NCBI RefSeq assembly: GCF_006345805.1
Contig: NW_021833047.1
Span: forward strand, 22,952-86,951
DNA: 64,000 bases
Direction: 5' to 3'
From: Octopus sinensis
Taxonomy: Eukaryota
Shown: positions 12,555 to 25,499 of the stretch, piece by piece
Numbering within the stretch: the first letter of the stretch is position 1
Layout: every line of letters begins with the position of its first letter
Position numbers and translations under genes: made by a program
Notes under the pieces: generated by a model
The model's database searches: none
The model's input: only the letters and a program-made list of their open reading frames with translations
What the model was told of the DNA's origin: nothing

Positions 12555-12556
<2 letters not shown>
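12077..12556. repeat. Inverted-repeat element (~140-bp arms, ~205-bp spacer) between (TA)n tracts; MITE-like or fold-back
   Basis: 12077-12215 is the reverse complement of 12421-12556, with few mismatches. Confidence 0.8.
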
Positions 12557-12652
<96 letters not shown>

Positions 12653-12679
12653 AGATAGATAGATAGATAGATATATTAT

Positions 12680-12873
12680 ATCATTATCCACACAGCCTTT
12701 GCCCGAGGACAATCTGTGGACCGTGACTCTGCTCTTTCTCCTCGCACCCGCCTCCCTTTTCTCGTCACTTATCACCCCTTCCTCCTACTCTTCCACCACA
12801 CTATTCTCCCTATTAAGTTGACACATTCGAACACACAGACACAGTCTTTTCAGTTCTTGACCGTTAAGTCTTG

Positions 12874-12904
<31 letters not shown>

Positions 12905-13350
12905 CCACACACACTTCCACGCATTCAAAGACGGACACACACACATTAAGGCAATTTTACACACTCATACATTCGAGCACTCATTCATAAAATAAATCAA
13001 ATATAAACACCAGTCATACAGAATACATTCACTCTCTTTAATTTTCCTATACCTTCCTTCTCCTACCTTGATTCTGCCCTTGAACTATGTCAACGGACAA
13101 TTTCTCCTGCTTTCATCCAATCTGGCGTCATCCCCTATAAATAGACATTATTTATCATTATTTTTATGGGCTCCTCGTGAGCAGTCGTCGAAAAGCTTGT
13201 TGTGCATTTTGTTGGAGAATTAAGTTCCTGGATTTTCCTGAAGAGAAAGCTGAATAATGGACTCCTTATTCACTCGGAATTAGGGACTTTGCAGACTTCG
13301 AAACATATGTCGAAAATAAAATAAAGGAATTTTGTTAAATCTTCGTTCAG
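12680..13350 (+). mobile_element. Penelope-like element remnant with pseudo-LTR
   Basis: ORF 12716-12949 contains DRDSAL...RLPFLVTYHP, resembling the Penelope RT-endonuclease linker. Downstream are TATAAATAG (~13135), a hammerhead motif and AATAAA (~13315-13325). Confidence 0.6.
13232..13317 (+). ncRNA. Type I hammerhead ribozyme candidate
   Basis: Stem I ATTTTC/GAAAAT (6 bp), core CTGAAGA-G...C-GAAA, helix III AC-ATAT-GT (palindromic), cleavage triplet GTC with the cut after 13311, and an enlarged stem II. Confidence 0.7.
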
Positions 13351-13551
13351 TTCCATTCTTTCCTATACTTAATATATAAAACTTCAAATTTCCGCACTAA
13401 GGCACGGATTTTATGCCCTATGGTCGTAACTTCAACCGTGCCTTTTCTGTTGTGAGTTGCTACCAGGTATCGGTTATCTTTCGAATTATCCGTAATAAGA
13501 TAATCATTTGTCTACTAAAAATATATATATATAATATATTTATATATATAT

Positions 13552-13588
<37 letters not shown>

Positions 13589-13624
13589 CTATATATATAT
13601 ATATAATATATATAATATACCACA

Positions 13625-13870
13625 GTATCGACCAGGCGATCGAATGTTGTTATTCATCGTTGGTCACAATGCGCTTCACATTATTTTAGCTTTCGAATGA
13701 TGCCACCCTGATCGGGAGGTTGTTCCGCCACAGAGTTACTCATTTACAGCTGAATGCACGAGGACTGTGAAATGAAAAGTTATGCTCAAGGACACAACGC
13801 ATCGCTAGGCCAGGGAATCGAAGCCATAATCTAACCATCTTGAGTGCAGTCACTCTAACCATTACTCCAC
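13625..13870 (-). mobile_element. tRNA-derived SINE
   Basis: Minus-strand head GTGAAGGCGCGTGGAGTAATGGTTAGAG...TTCGATTCCC followed by a TGTGTCCTTGAGCA core-like segment. Confidence 0.65.
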
Positions 13871-13967
13871 GCGCCTTCACACACACGCGTTCACGAACAC
13901 ACACACATGCACAAGCATATATGTATGTATATTTATATATATATATATATATAGATATATATATATA

Positions 13968-14047
<80 letters not shown>

Positions 14048-14144
14048 TATGTGCGTATGTATGTGTGTATGTTTGTATATATATATTTTTTATATTCCAT
14101 ACATATGTAAAAAATATGACAGTTTAATCAAACCAACGATACAG

Positions 14145-14700
14145 TGTCACCTGAACTTTCTGACCAAGATACTTTCATGGAATGTGACCAAAAAAGTTAT
14201 TTTTCAACTTGCACCACACCCCTTGCGCTCAATGCTCCTCTTTCATTGGCGTTGCACTACTTGGATCCCACGGGAGGAAGAAGTTTTCATCCTGTTGATA
14301 AAAAAAATACATTGACACCAGATATGGCGTCATCGTCCCTGCGATACCGGCACCGATGAGCAGAAACCTTCGTCATGCCTGTCTCATTGTGCAGAATATT
14401 TGCAACTCTCCCACGGGATATGCTAACAGCATTGGCTATTTGATTTATAGTCGATCGCCTGTCATGTACACCAGCATGTGGTGAACAAACCAATTTTTCC
14501 TCTCGGTGGTCACAGTTGCAGGTCGTCCAGACCTGGGATTATCTCCATTCCCCTCCTAAATTCAGATGCCTACTTTTGCAGCGAGGGTAAGGTTGGGACG
14601 TCAGCCCCTTCTCTATTGGGAATATTATCGTCCACGAATATGGGTGGGGTGGGGGAGCATGTGATTACGCGTGTGTAGCGTGTATTTAATACATCAAAAT
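14145..14700 (-). mobile_element. Internally deleted mariner fragment
   Basis: ORF 14287-14493 (DRRSTINQIANAVSISRGRVANILHNE.GMTKVSA) resembles the second mariner HTH. Confidence 0.65.
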
Positions 14701-15344
14701 TTCAGCTTAGTTATTGCAGAGGGAATGCTCACAATCACAATATTTGACCAATAAAAACGATGATTCAAAGCGATAATGATTCACAGAACTTAGGAGTAAT
14801 CATGTGCATTTTTCATCAACCACATCACCAAACTGACATCTAAACGCATCACACACACACACACACACACACCACACACACACACACATATATTTTCGTT
14901 TTTGGATTTCGTTTGCAAGATTCTTCATGTGGGTTCGTGTGTTGTTGAGAGTCAACAACTATCGAAAAGGTTGCAAGACGCAACGAAAATTTTAGAAAAA
15001 TAAATAAATGAGTGGAAATTTTACCGGTGTGGGTGTTAAATTATAAGGCACTAAAAGAGAATGACTCTCCCCAGACACAACAGTATATACATATATAATG
15101 TCTTTCTGTGCAATATCTTATGGTTGTTGGTTACTGTAATTCTACGACTGTCCTTCTGTTCCCACTCACAGTGACAATCCACACACACCGGTCAACATCT
15201 GGTGTGACATTGTCTTTCATTTCTATGAATTTCTCTATCCTTCTCCTATCCCATTATCTCACCCCTCTTGTTTGCAAAACCTTCTCTGTCTATTTCTGTT
15301 TGCCTCTCCCCTTCTCTCTCTACGTATCCGCTGCCTTTTTTCCT

Positions 15345-15660
15345 TTAATGTGGTATGAAAGAAAGAAAAGTGGTGAATCTAGTTGAGTTAACTGTTTCTC
15401 ATAACGATAACATGGATGCCACTCGGGATCGAAAGATTGATCGTTATGTAAACCTGATCGAGGAATGTGAAGACGCAGGCTGGAAAGCGGAGCATTTTCC
15501 AATCGAAGTCGGATGTAAAGGATTTGTTGTACACAGGTGAGACGACTGTTGTTATCGTTAGGTCTAACTCATCGTAAGATCAATACCACCATGACCGATA
15601 TCCAAACTACAGTGGAAAGGCTAGCCACTGGATTTGGTTAAAAGTGACGATGAATGATGG
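15345..15660 (+). mobile_element. RLE non-LTR 3' fragment (HERO/NeSL-like endonuclease)
   Basis: ELTVSHNDNMDATRDRKIDRY...GWKAEHFPIEVGCKGFV. Confidence 0.65.
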
Positions 15661-16714
15661 CTAGAAGAATATTGAACTATATCTGATAACCAGTTAATAT
15701 AGCAAACGGGGACTCATATCAGTGAGGAGGGCCTATACGCAATGATGCCGTCGAAAGGTAGGCCTTAAAATGGCGCGTATTCTCTTCTAATAACCCTATA
15801 CACTTGCTGGCTTCTGGTCTGCGAAGTTTTCGCCAAGTAGTACTTGCAAAACACTTCCAGTTTCTTCCTCTGTCCATCAACTACCTATTGTCTATCCTTA
15901 TTCCCATCTTTCTTCCCCCTTTCTTCCTACCTGTTCTTCCCCAGTCTTCTCTGCTCCTCTCTATTGGCCCTTCTTCCTTCACTTTTTCGTGCCACGTTAC
16001 CATCCAATGTTTTTGTCGCCCGTTCTTTTTCTACTTGACCAGTGCATCGGTAAGACGTGTTTTCTTTTCACTCGCCTAGAATTCACTTCCGACCCTCGGG
16101 TTGTCTTATCTTTTCATTTATTCATTCTATCTTTTCTTTCGTTCTATCTTTCTTCTCTTCTATGCCATTATTCTATCCTTCTCCCGAGTCCTTTCGGATA
16201 TTATTCGAGGTTTTTTCTCTCTATTACCTTCACTTGTTGAAATATTAAAATTAAGTAAAAACCTTAAATTTGGTGAATTGATATAATTTTCACGCTAAGT
16301 CTCAGGCCCCTATTCACTTGTTCCAGAAAATCATTTAAAAAAGTTTCAGAGGGTTAAAGTTTGGGTTTTTTGCACTTAATCAGAAAACGAAATCTGGAGC
16401 TGCCATTTTGTGCGTGACATTACGACGTCCAAACATTCACGACAGCATTACGACGGCAAAACATGTTTTAAACATCTGTATGTATGTTTATAACAAATAT
16501 TTGTCGATTTTCATTTTTTTTATGTCCTGTGTGTGACTGACTTTGAACTGGATGACTACCCTCTTTATTTTAATGATTTGGTCCTATCTGATAATCATGC
16601 TTCCCAACAGGAAAAACCACTTGGCTGAGAAGCAGTATCGCAGTGATGTCATATCTGCTGTTGATGACTTTTTCGATCAACAGGATGGCTTCTTCTGTTC
16701 TATATTTAAGAGAT

Positions 16715-16983
16715 GAGGTATTATGTACATTATTTACATTATTTACATTTGACGATATTTGTCCTCATCTTGTTTGTGGATAACACAACGTTTCAGCTGA
16801 TATACCTTCCACTTTCATTTCATAGGTGTTGTGGGAAATTTCGAACCTGGGTTCTCATTTCTAAGACATTTTTTCGATCTTCTTCTTCTTCTCTCTTCTT
16901 CTTTCTCTTCTTTCTTCTTCTTCTTCTCTTCTTCTTCTTCTTCTTTTCTTCCTTCTTCTTCTTTTATTATTATTATTATATTA

Positions 16984-17024
<41 letters not shown>

Positions 17025-17059
17025 TATTATCATTATTATCATTATTATCATTATTATTA

Positions 17060-17112
<53 letters not shown>

Positions 17113-17182
17113 TCACTGCCTGGAATCGAACTCGGAATCTTGGGGTTAGTAGCCCGCGCTTTTTATCACTACGCCATATGCC
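16715..17182 (-). mobile_element. tRNA-headed SINE with internal microsatellite and degenerate hammerhead motif (copy 1)
   Basis: Head 17109-17182 with A box TGGCGTAGTGA and B box GAGTTCGATTCC, internal (TAA)/(GAA)n, body matching 55128-55280, and a (AATGTAAAT)n tail. Confidence 0.8.
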
Positions 17183-18404
17183 TACGTGCAGATTAAAAAA
17201 TCTACCCTTTTCGTAAAAACATTTTAGACCTTGGTTTGCACTAGACCAGTAAGCCAATGGGCAACAACAGAAATATCTTAAAGCTCAGCTCCCCAAATCA
17301 TTACAGTGTTTGAATAGAGATTTTGATTAAACCGATACAAAAATTGAAAGTCTTGGCATTGACATTTGACGTAATGCACAGAGAAATAAGGCCGGCATTC
17401 AACAGCTTTGAACAATCTAGACCAAGTTCTTAGCTTCTTATTAGAAGTAGAATAATGATCCGAAACAAAAGATTAATAGATTGCTCTTCAACATTCATTA
17501 CATACAACATAAAATATCCGATATCCAACGACCATATATTCAAAAATGATAGTTTAGTTTAGGAATTTTGATTGTTTAGGCATTATGTATAAAGGCAGTT
17601 GTCAATGTTCCTCCTCAGAGAGAGCATGCTACATGCCCTTGTGGACTATGATCCTACAAAACGGCAGTAGATCTATTATCACGCCAGAGATAAATAGAAA
17701 ATAAGATTAGATTAAGAACTATCAAAATCTAAACCTATGACAACAGCAAAACGCAAAGACGACGATTATAGTGAACAAGGCACAGATACGCCTTTCTCTC
17801 TTTCTTTCTCTCCCCATCTCTCTCTCTCTCTCTCTCTGACTGAATGCTGTGGTTCAAAGGTTGTTTATTGAAAGGCTTGTAACTAACAACACTGTTGTTC
17901 ATAAAATCGCTATAAAATGAATAATAAATAGCCTTCCAATTGATTAATGTTGTCAATTAATCAATGATTATTTGTTAATCGCAATTAAATGGAAAAAACA
18001 AAACAGAGTCAATCCTTGGTTTATATCATACCATTGTAAATGAATATATTGAACAAAGGACGTTTAACATTATTAATATCACCTAAGTGCATCTCGGAGT
18101 TGTAAATAAGGTAACACCAGAACAGGATACTGTAAAACAGGTCAACACTCTTTAATATACTGTAGTAAAAAGTTGGGGTCAGTAATCGGTTCCATTCTCC
18201 TCCTCCGTTGCTGACTGTGCCACAATTGACCATATACCTTAGTGACAATGGCAGCGAATTGACGAAACGATGAGTTAATGCCCGTTATCACATTCCTCTA
18301 CGTCTGCTTTTCAAATTTGGTTGAACTCGATTTTATCATTTATCCCAGCAGAGTCGATAATATAAGAATCAGTCATACAATTCAAACGATTGTTGCCAGT
18401 TCAC

Positions 18405-19825
18405 CCATGCTTGCATGTATGTATGTATGTAGTATGTATGTATGTAGTATGTATGTATGTATGTATGATGTATGTATGTATGTATGTAATGTATGTATGT
18501 ATGTATGTATGCATGCATGTATGTATGTATGTATGTGTGTATGTATGTATGCATGTATGTATGCATGCATGTATGTATGTATGTATGTATGTATGCATGT
18601 ATGTATGCATGCATGTATGTATGTATGTATGTATGTATGCATGTACGCATGCATGCATGTATGTATGTATGTATGTATGTATGCATGTATACATGCATTC
18701 ATGCATGTATGTATGTATTATGTAGTATGTATGTATGTATGTATGTATGTATGTATGTATGTATGTATGTATGTATGTTGTATGTATGCATGCATGTATG
18801 CTGCACGATCAATATTTCCAACACGCTAACTCGAACTGTGCCTAGACTTCGAAGACCAAGCTATGAACTGCTGACTATGTCAGACTGATACTATTTATAT
18901 GCATGATCTCGTCTATTCTCATCAGAGGTGTCGTACTCACGCCACAACAGTATGTATGTATGTATGTATGTATGTATGTATGTATGTATGTATGTATGTA
19001 TGTTATGTATGTATGTATGCTTGTATGTGCGTATGCATGTATGCATGCATATATGCATGTATGCATGCATGTATGTATGCATTATATGTCAGGTCAGGCC
19101 ACCTGTGAAGTTTCTCATGAGCGCTACTGGTAACATGAAATCCTGTACAACCTGTTGCAAGGTCAGGTCGTCAACGACTAAACTGACACGTTCATAGGTT
19201 AACCTGGCGAGTAAGATTACTACAAAACCCAACAGGACTAAAAGCAAGACCTTTCAAAAGACCAGATGAACCGGGTGTAAATTCAATGACCATCTAGCCA
19301 TAGCTTGTGCATTCAGCTATTCCGAGTTTGTGCCCGACGTACTGGAAAGCCAGTGGGTGTGAGGCACCCTTAGCTTTTGTTAAAGCATGCTTCGAGGAGA
19401 AGATCACTTTGATATAAAACTGGATATGTAGGGAAAAGGACTTTGAGGAATCTTTTGTTTGCACTTGAGATCATGGCGCTTCCACATTTCTGAGCCTGCA
19501 ACCCATATTGGCACTGGGTATCTTGGCCTGTCTGTGGATCATGCGAATAGGGTGGAAAGGGTCCAAGAGGTGTTGTGCAAGCTTTCTGGACCTGAAAGTT
19601 TGTACATATATTGCTGACATTTTGCATGGGTCATTGTCAGTGATGGTCTGGTCTTCCTCGGTCACAAGTGGACAGCTATCATAATATTATGTATGTATGT
19701 ATGTATGTATGTATGTATGTATGTATGTATGTATGTATGTATGTATGTATGTATGTATGTATGCATGTACGTATGTATGTATGTATGTATGTATGTATGT
19801 ATGTATGTATGTATGTATGTATGTA
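18405..19825. repeat. (ATGT)n/(ATGC)n tetranucleotide arrays at 18405-18800, 18950-19085 and 19690-19825
   Basis: Directly visible; they explain the many MYVC/HTYI ORFs. Confidence 0.9.
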
Positions 19826-20750
19826 CAAATAGGTGTTGGTAAAAATACTAGAAACATCTTGTTAAATGAGAATTAGTATTTAATAAGAAGTTGGTCCAGA
19901 TGTGGCACCAATCACAGCTTGAACCCGTCGAGGAATTGTCTCCTACAAGTGCTGAACATTGTTAGAGGAAGTTTGCGCCAGTCTTCAAGTAAAATCTGAT
20001 TTACTTCTTTCAGTGACGATTGGAGGAATGCGGCTTCTCCCTTGCCGTCCCAAGATGCTGAACCATAAATCAATCTTCGGTTATATTGAGATCCTGTGAT
20101 TGGCCAGGGAAGACTAATCTAAATGGTCTACTTCACTTTTGAACTCTTTTCGTACCCCTTTTGAATTACATTAACCGTGTGAATCTTTGAAGAAACGTTG
20201 TAGGAGTTTTCCCTACCATCAGGTAACAATGTTTATACCATAAAATGGATATACTTAGATAATCTTTTTCTTTAACTCTGCAATGTAGAACAATCAGAGG
20301 GTTAAGGATTTCCGGTTATAACTGTCTAAATCTTCACAAATGTACTTCTCTAAATGCTTCCCGTTAGGGGCCAGACATTCCGGGTTGAAACATTCCTTGC
20401 TTCGTCTCCAGACATAAACTCACTCTAAAGAGAGGAAAATGGTAAATGGTGATTCGTCAGAGATGTCTATGTTCCACTGAACCATTGCCAACTTTTAATA
20501 GACTTGACATCGTTTTCTCTCCCATATCAATGTTGTAGGGGCACAGATGTTTAACATACGCAGTCCTTCTATGGTATGCAGCTTTATGGAACTCACGGCG
20601 AACGGTTGCCGTTGACACGGGGGAAGCACTCAATTGCAAACTGATCACCCTCAAGCAAGAGCTAAAGGCAGTCAGTGAGAAAACTCCGACATCAGAAGAG
20701 AACCGAAAGAAAAACAATAAATGAAAAATTTAATCGGAAACGTGCAGCAG
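19826..20750 (-). mobile_element. Tc1-like DNA transposon remnant
   Basis: STATVRREFHKAAYHRRTAYVKHL (20457-20717) and a PGQSQDLNITED segment near 20060-20105, similar to the Tc1 WPAQSPDLNIIE motif. Confidence 0.6.
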
Positions 20751-20859
20751 CGTGCAGAGATACGAGAGAAGAAGCAATAAATATCATTGAATCTCCTTTA
20801 GGGAGATGAAAATCTGAAAAATCTCCTTTTCTGGTGGAGTTTAACAAAGATGCCCAATG

Positions 20860-23800
20860 AATAGAAGAAATTCGAGGTAATTACTGTCCCTGCATTACAC
20901 CCAAGACACATCATTGACGATACCCTTTAATCCAGAAACTTCAGGATAGAAAAGCAACTGGAAGAGACTTGATTGTTGTATATTGGTACAAGAAGCTAAC
21001 CTTCTACTGACCGTATCTAAACAATCTGTACCAAAAAGATTTGAATGAGAAAAGTATTATATCACACTGGTTAGCTCAGAGAACTACCCACATGGCAAAA
21101 AAAAAAAAAATCACCGGCCAATTGCATGCCAGGACTTAATGCATAAAATATGTACAGCAGGTTTAAACCTCTTCCTCCAAGACCATTGTGAAAGTAATAA
21201 CATCGTCACACCAGAACAAACAGTTGGGAAGAAGGGAGTCTAGGAATGTGTCGAACAAATGATGATAAACAAATGTCAGAGGTGCGGGAGCATAGGAGGA
21301 ACCTAATTTCACTGTAGCTAGACTAGAAGAAAGCCTTTCACTGTGTCCCCAACCTATAGATGCTAGAAGCCTTTCGGCTTGCTAAAGTTTCAGTGAACAT
21401 TGTAAAAGCCATAGCTGACCTGACTTCATCTTAGGTCTCCATCTTGAAGCTAAATACAAGGAATGATTGTATTATAAGATACAGTATCACAGAAGTATAT
21501 TCCAAGGGGATAGCCTCTCTGTGACGCTGTTTATACTCTTTGTACCCCCACACCCGTCATTCATGCTAAGAAAATCTGAACGGTATCTCACCGGTTCACA
21601 AGGAAACAGAACTACCAAAATTACACACTGTTTTTTTTTTGTGAATGACTTGAAACTATATGCAAAGACTATAAATGAGATGAAGAAAAGCCTTGACCTG
21701 CTTACAACATTCTCAAAGGATATGGTAATGGAGTCTGGTTAGTATAAATGTTACTATAAGGTTGGGAAAAAAGGAAAACTGTAAACCAGAGTAGCAACAT
21801 CTCCATCAATGACTTAACCGTTTCCCCTGTATCTGATAAAGAATGTTACAGGTATCTGGTGGGGTGGATGAAAACATATTTTACGTTGGCACCTGTAACA
21901 AAACACGTGTCACTAAAATATATTACAGTCGAATAAAGAATATAAGGATTTCAGAATTCACTGCTTTCAATAAAACAATGGTCCACAATTTGTTTACATA
22001 TTCAGACCAACATGTGGGCTATTTGATTGGTTGCTTGATGAAATTCGAACCATTGCTGTGAAAATCCCGAAGATATTAAGCAGCACAACTATTTTCTATA
22101 TCAACAGCGACGTACGAGGGACGTTCAATAAGTAATGCCTCTGACCCACTTGCAGTTGTTTGATCTAGCTGAAATTTTGCATGTGCAATCATTTATATCT
22201 CTATAGAGTAAGTGGCAAATTACAGCTGAATTAATTGTGGTTTCTGATTTACAGGTGTTTGAACCGAGTCAAGTGTGAAATGGAGCCTGTTGAGTGTCGA
22301 GCAGTGATCCGGTTTTTGTATTTGAAAGGACGCACACCACGGGAGACTTTTGGTGAAATGAAAGTAACTTATGGTGATGATGCCCCATCATATGACCTTG
22401 TAAAACGCTGGCATCGTGAATTCAAACAGGGTCGGAACTCTGTGGAAACAGCTCCCAGATCTGGTCGCCCCCTTCTGCCATTGATGAGGCATCTGTCCGT
22501 CAAGTTGAGGCTGCCATTTTGGAAGATCGACGCATAATTATTCGCCAAATAGCCCATGAGGTCAAGATTAGTACCGGATCTGTGGAAACTATCATTCATG
22601 ACCATTTGCATATGCAAAAGGTGTCTGCCAGATGGATTCCCAGGTTGCTCACGCCTTTCCAGAAGCAAGAACGCGTCGAGTGCTCGAGGGTGAATTTGGA
22701 GATGTGCCAAGAAGATGAGTCAAAATTTTTCAAAAGACTGATTACACAGGATGAAACCTGGGTCCATCACTATGATCCAGGGACCAAAGCCCAGTCAATG
22801 CAGAGGAAGCACCGTGACTCACCCCCTCCAAAGAAGGCAAGGGTGCAGCCCTCCGCTGGCAAGGTCATGCTCACAGTCCTCTGGGACCAGGACGGAGTAG
22901 TGATGACAGATTTCCTGGCAAAGGGTACCACAATTGCAGGAGCCTATTATGCTTCACTTTTGAGGAAATTAAGAGAAGTTATCAAAATCACGAGGCGGGG
23001 CAAGATCAGCAAAGGCATCCTCCTCCTGCAGGACAACGCTCCGGTCCACAACTCGCTTGTCGCCAGATCAGAAGCACAGGCGTATGGCTATGAACTCCTC
23101 TCCATCCCCCTACTTTCCTGACCTTGCACCCTCTGATTTTCACCTCTTCCCAATCATGAAGTTGTTTTTGAAAGGAAAGCGTTTCCCAGATGATGCAGCC
23201 TTGATTTCTGAAGTCACGTTGAGGTTGGAGGACCAAGCTGGGTTCTTCTACAAAAACGGTCTCCAGAGCCGCATCAAACGATGGGAGAAATGCGTAACTC
23301 TGGGTGGTTCCTATGTAGAAAAAGACTAATAACTGTGCCAAGTTTCGTTGCCCTACTGCTATGGGAAGTGGGTCAGGGGCATTACTTATTGAACGCCCCT
23401 CGTAGGTCACCTCTACCTAAAATGAAAACAAGGTTGAACACGCTTAACATCGATCCAGACTGCCTTTGAATGTCGTATTAAAATCCTTTCAGCAACATTT
23501 TTTAACCACCAAGTGTTGAAGTGCATCACTTGACCAAATTTGCATACACGAGACAGATAACACTGTTCAAAGATGTCGCACGACTCTAACGCAACATATC
23601 ATCAAATGAAAGGATGCGCGTATATCAGCAGAAGATCATGCATGGATAAGTTTGAAGAAAGCACCGGGATGATTGTAACATTGATCATAAAAGCAATCTA
23701 CCATGGACCAACGACCGGACTGCAAACTCTCACACTGACCGCTATGCTTTTGCAATTCAAGAATAGGAAGTATCAGTCAAATGCTTGATGCACAAAAGGT

Positions 23801-24370
23801 TCAAAGACGCTGGTAAAATACCAAAATATGATAAACGATGCAGACTTTCTGGAGTTAACACCATGCTGTCACCCACATCATAAGCAGTTGTTCGAAAACG
23901 TCATCGCAGTATTATCAACCGATGTGATATGATGTGACTAAGACACTGTATAACAAAATCCGTCGGAAGGATAACCCTGAGCCCAAAGAAATAAGAATCC
24001 ACATTTTCGTAGAGGACATAGCCACTCATAATAAGAAGGAGTACTGATGGAATGTCCCAGTGAAAAGCCTCAATAAAATTTAAGCATAATAAGACTGACA
24101 TAGTGATGGAAAAGGGAAACTGTGTGCAGTTGTGGAAATTAGCTGTTCAGCGGATGTTAACATAAAGATCAGCGAAAAAGAGAATACCTACGCTGAATTA
24201 TTGAGAAATATACTGTTACTCTACCCCGATTACAAGTTCAGGGTTATATCTCTAATTATTGCGGTACTGGAATATATAACACGTTGCCTAAGTACCATTC
24301 ATGAGAAATTGGGCTTCTCGAAACCAGGAAGGGAAAAGTTGATTCGAAGACTTTGAATCTAGGTTAAAAA
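20860..24370 (+). mobile_element. Heavily decayed R4/Dong-like LINE interrupted by a mariner
   Basis: FQGDSLSVTLF and FVNDLKLYAK (21467-21742). The D-V-G-H-L-Y-L motif is split at the mariner TA site. RLE remnant EISCSADVNI (24132-24356). Confidence 0.7.
22115..23402 (+). mobile_element. Full-length mariner transposon (1288 bp) with a frameshifted DD34D transposase
   Basis: ITRs CGAGGGACGTTCAATAAGTAATGCC.../...GGCATTACTTATTGAACGCCCCTCG, TA on both sides, and the motifs MEPVECRAVIRFL, WIPRLL, ITQDETW, LQDNAPVH and PDLAPSDF. Confidence 0.95.
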
Positions 24371-24454
24371 TCGGGTCTTTCTCTATTGGCAAGAAATCTC
24401 GAAATGAAACTGAATAAGGACCTACATAATATACGCACTCGTATATTAACATTT

Positions 24455-24900
24455 ATGCAGGTTTTTTTTTTTACTTGTTTCAGTGATTAGACTGCGGCTA
24501 TGCTGGAGCAGCTTGAATAATTTTCAGTCGAGCAAATCAACCCCAGTATTTATTTTTTGAAACTTGGTACTTATTTTATCGGACACTTTTGCTGAACCCC
24601 TAGGTTACAGGGACGCAAACACACCAATACCGGTTGCCAAGAGGTAGTGGGAGACAAATACAGACGCAAGCACGCATGCACAAATGTGCGCACGCACAAA
24701 CACATACACACGTACACACACACACACACCACACACACACACACCACACACACACACACACACCACACACACACATATATATATGCACACACACCAAATC
24801 TTCTCACAAAGCTTTTGTCTGCCAGAGACAATAGCAGAAGACAGCTGCCTCGGTGCCACGCAGTGGGATTGAACCCGGTACCGTGTTGTTGCAAAGCATA
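24455..24900 (-). mobile_element. SINE with internal (CA)n; a related head fragment lies at 42860-42955
   Basis: GGTTCAATCCCACTGCGTGGCACC...GTCTTCTGCTATTGTCTCTGGCAGACAAAAGCTTTGTGAG body, similar to 42860-42955. Confidence 0.6.
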
Positions 24901-25388
24901 TACACGAATGAGTGGATAAACGAAGAAAGAGTTTGATTGAGTTCGTTGCTATTTCAAGTTTCGAAGGCCCATAACAAGATCCCAACTCTTCTAGAATACC
25001 GATTCGGCATATGTACACATACGGGAAGGTGCGTGGCTTAATGGCCAAAGTATTCAACACATTCCACTCAAGATCTGAAAGTCCTGAGATCGCTTCTCAG
25101 TGATGGCTTTTGCCGTCGAGAAGAACACTATTTCTCGTTGCTCCGGTCCACTCAACTGGCAAAAACGAGTTTTCCAAAGGCCCAGCCTGGTAACGTTCGT
25201 TGTGTCACTCTGAATTTCCCAGGGAACCAAGTTAAGTTGTACGTGTGACAGTGAAGTGCTCAATCACATGCTCTTTAATTTCAAAAGTACGCTGTTCTGT
25301 TGATCGGATCAACTGGAACACTCCTTGTAACCGACAGAGAGCCAAGGCATATATGCACATATATGCATATATATACGTACAGAGAGAG

Positions 25389-25441
<53 letters not shown>

Positions 25442-25499
25442 CACACGCACATACACATGCGTATACATACATATAATTCTTTGTTTTATAACAATGAAG

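Noticed and set aside
17109-17182. tRNA-like sequence, also at 55376-55449
   Set aside because: No proper acceptor stem or cloverleaf, and it is attached to a repeated body, so it is a SINE head rather than a tRNA gene.
18895-18935. Minus-strand CTGATGAG...ACGAGA resembling a hammerhead
   Set aside because: GAAA is replaced by GAGA and there is no stem I partner.
19090-19680. Non-repetitive segment between ATGT arrays with short ORFs
   Set aside because: Probably a retroelement remnant, but no motif could be assigned with confidence.
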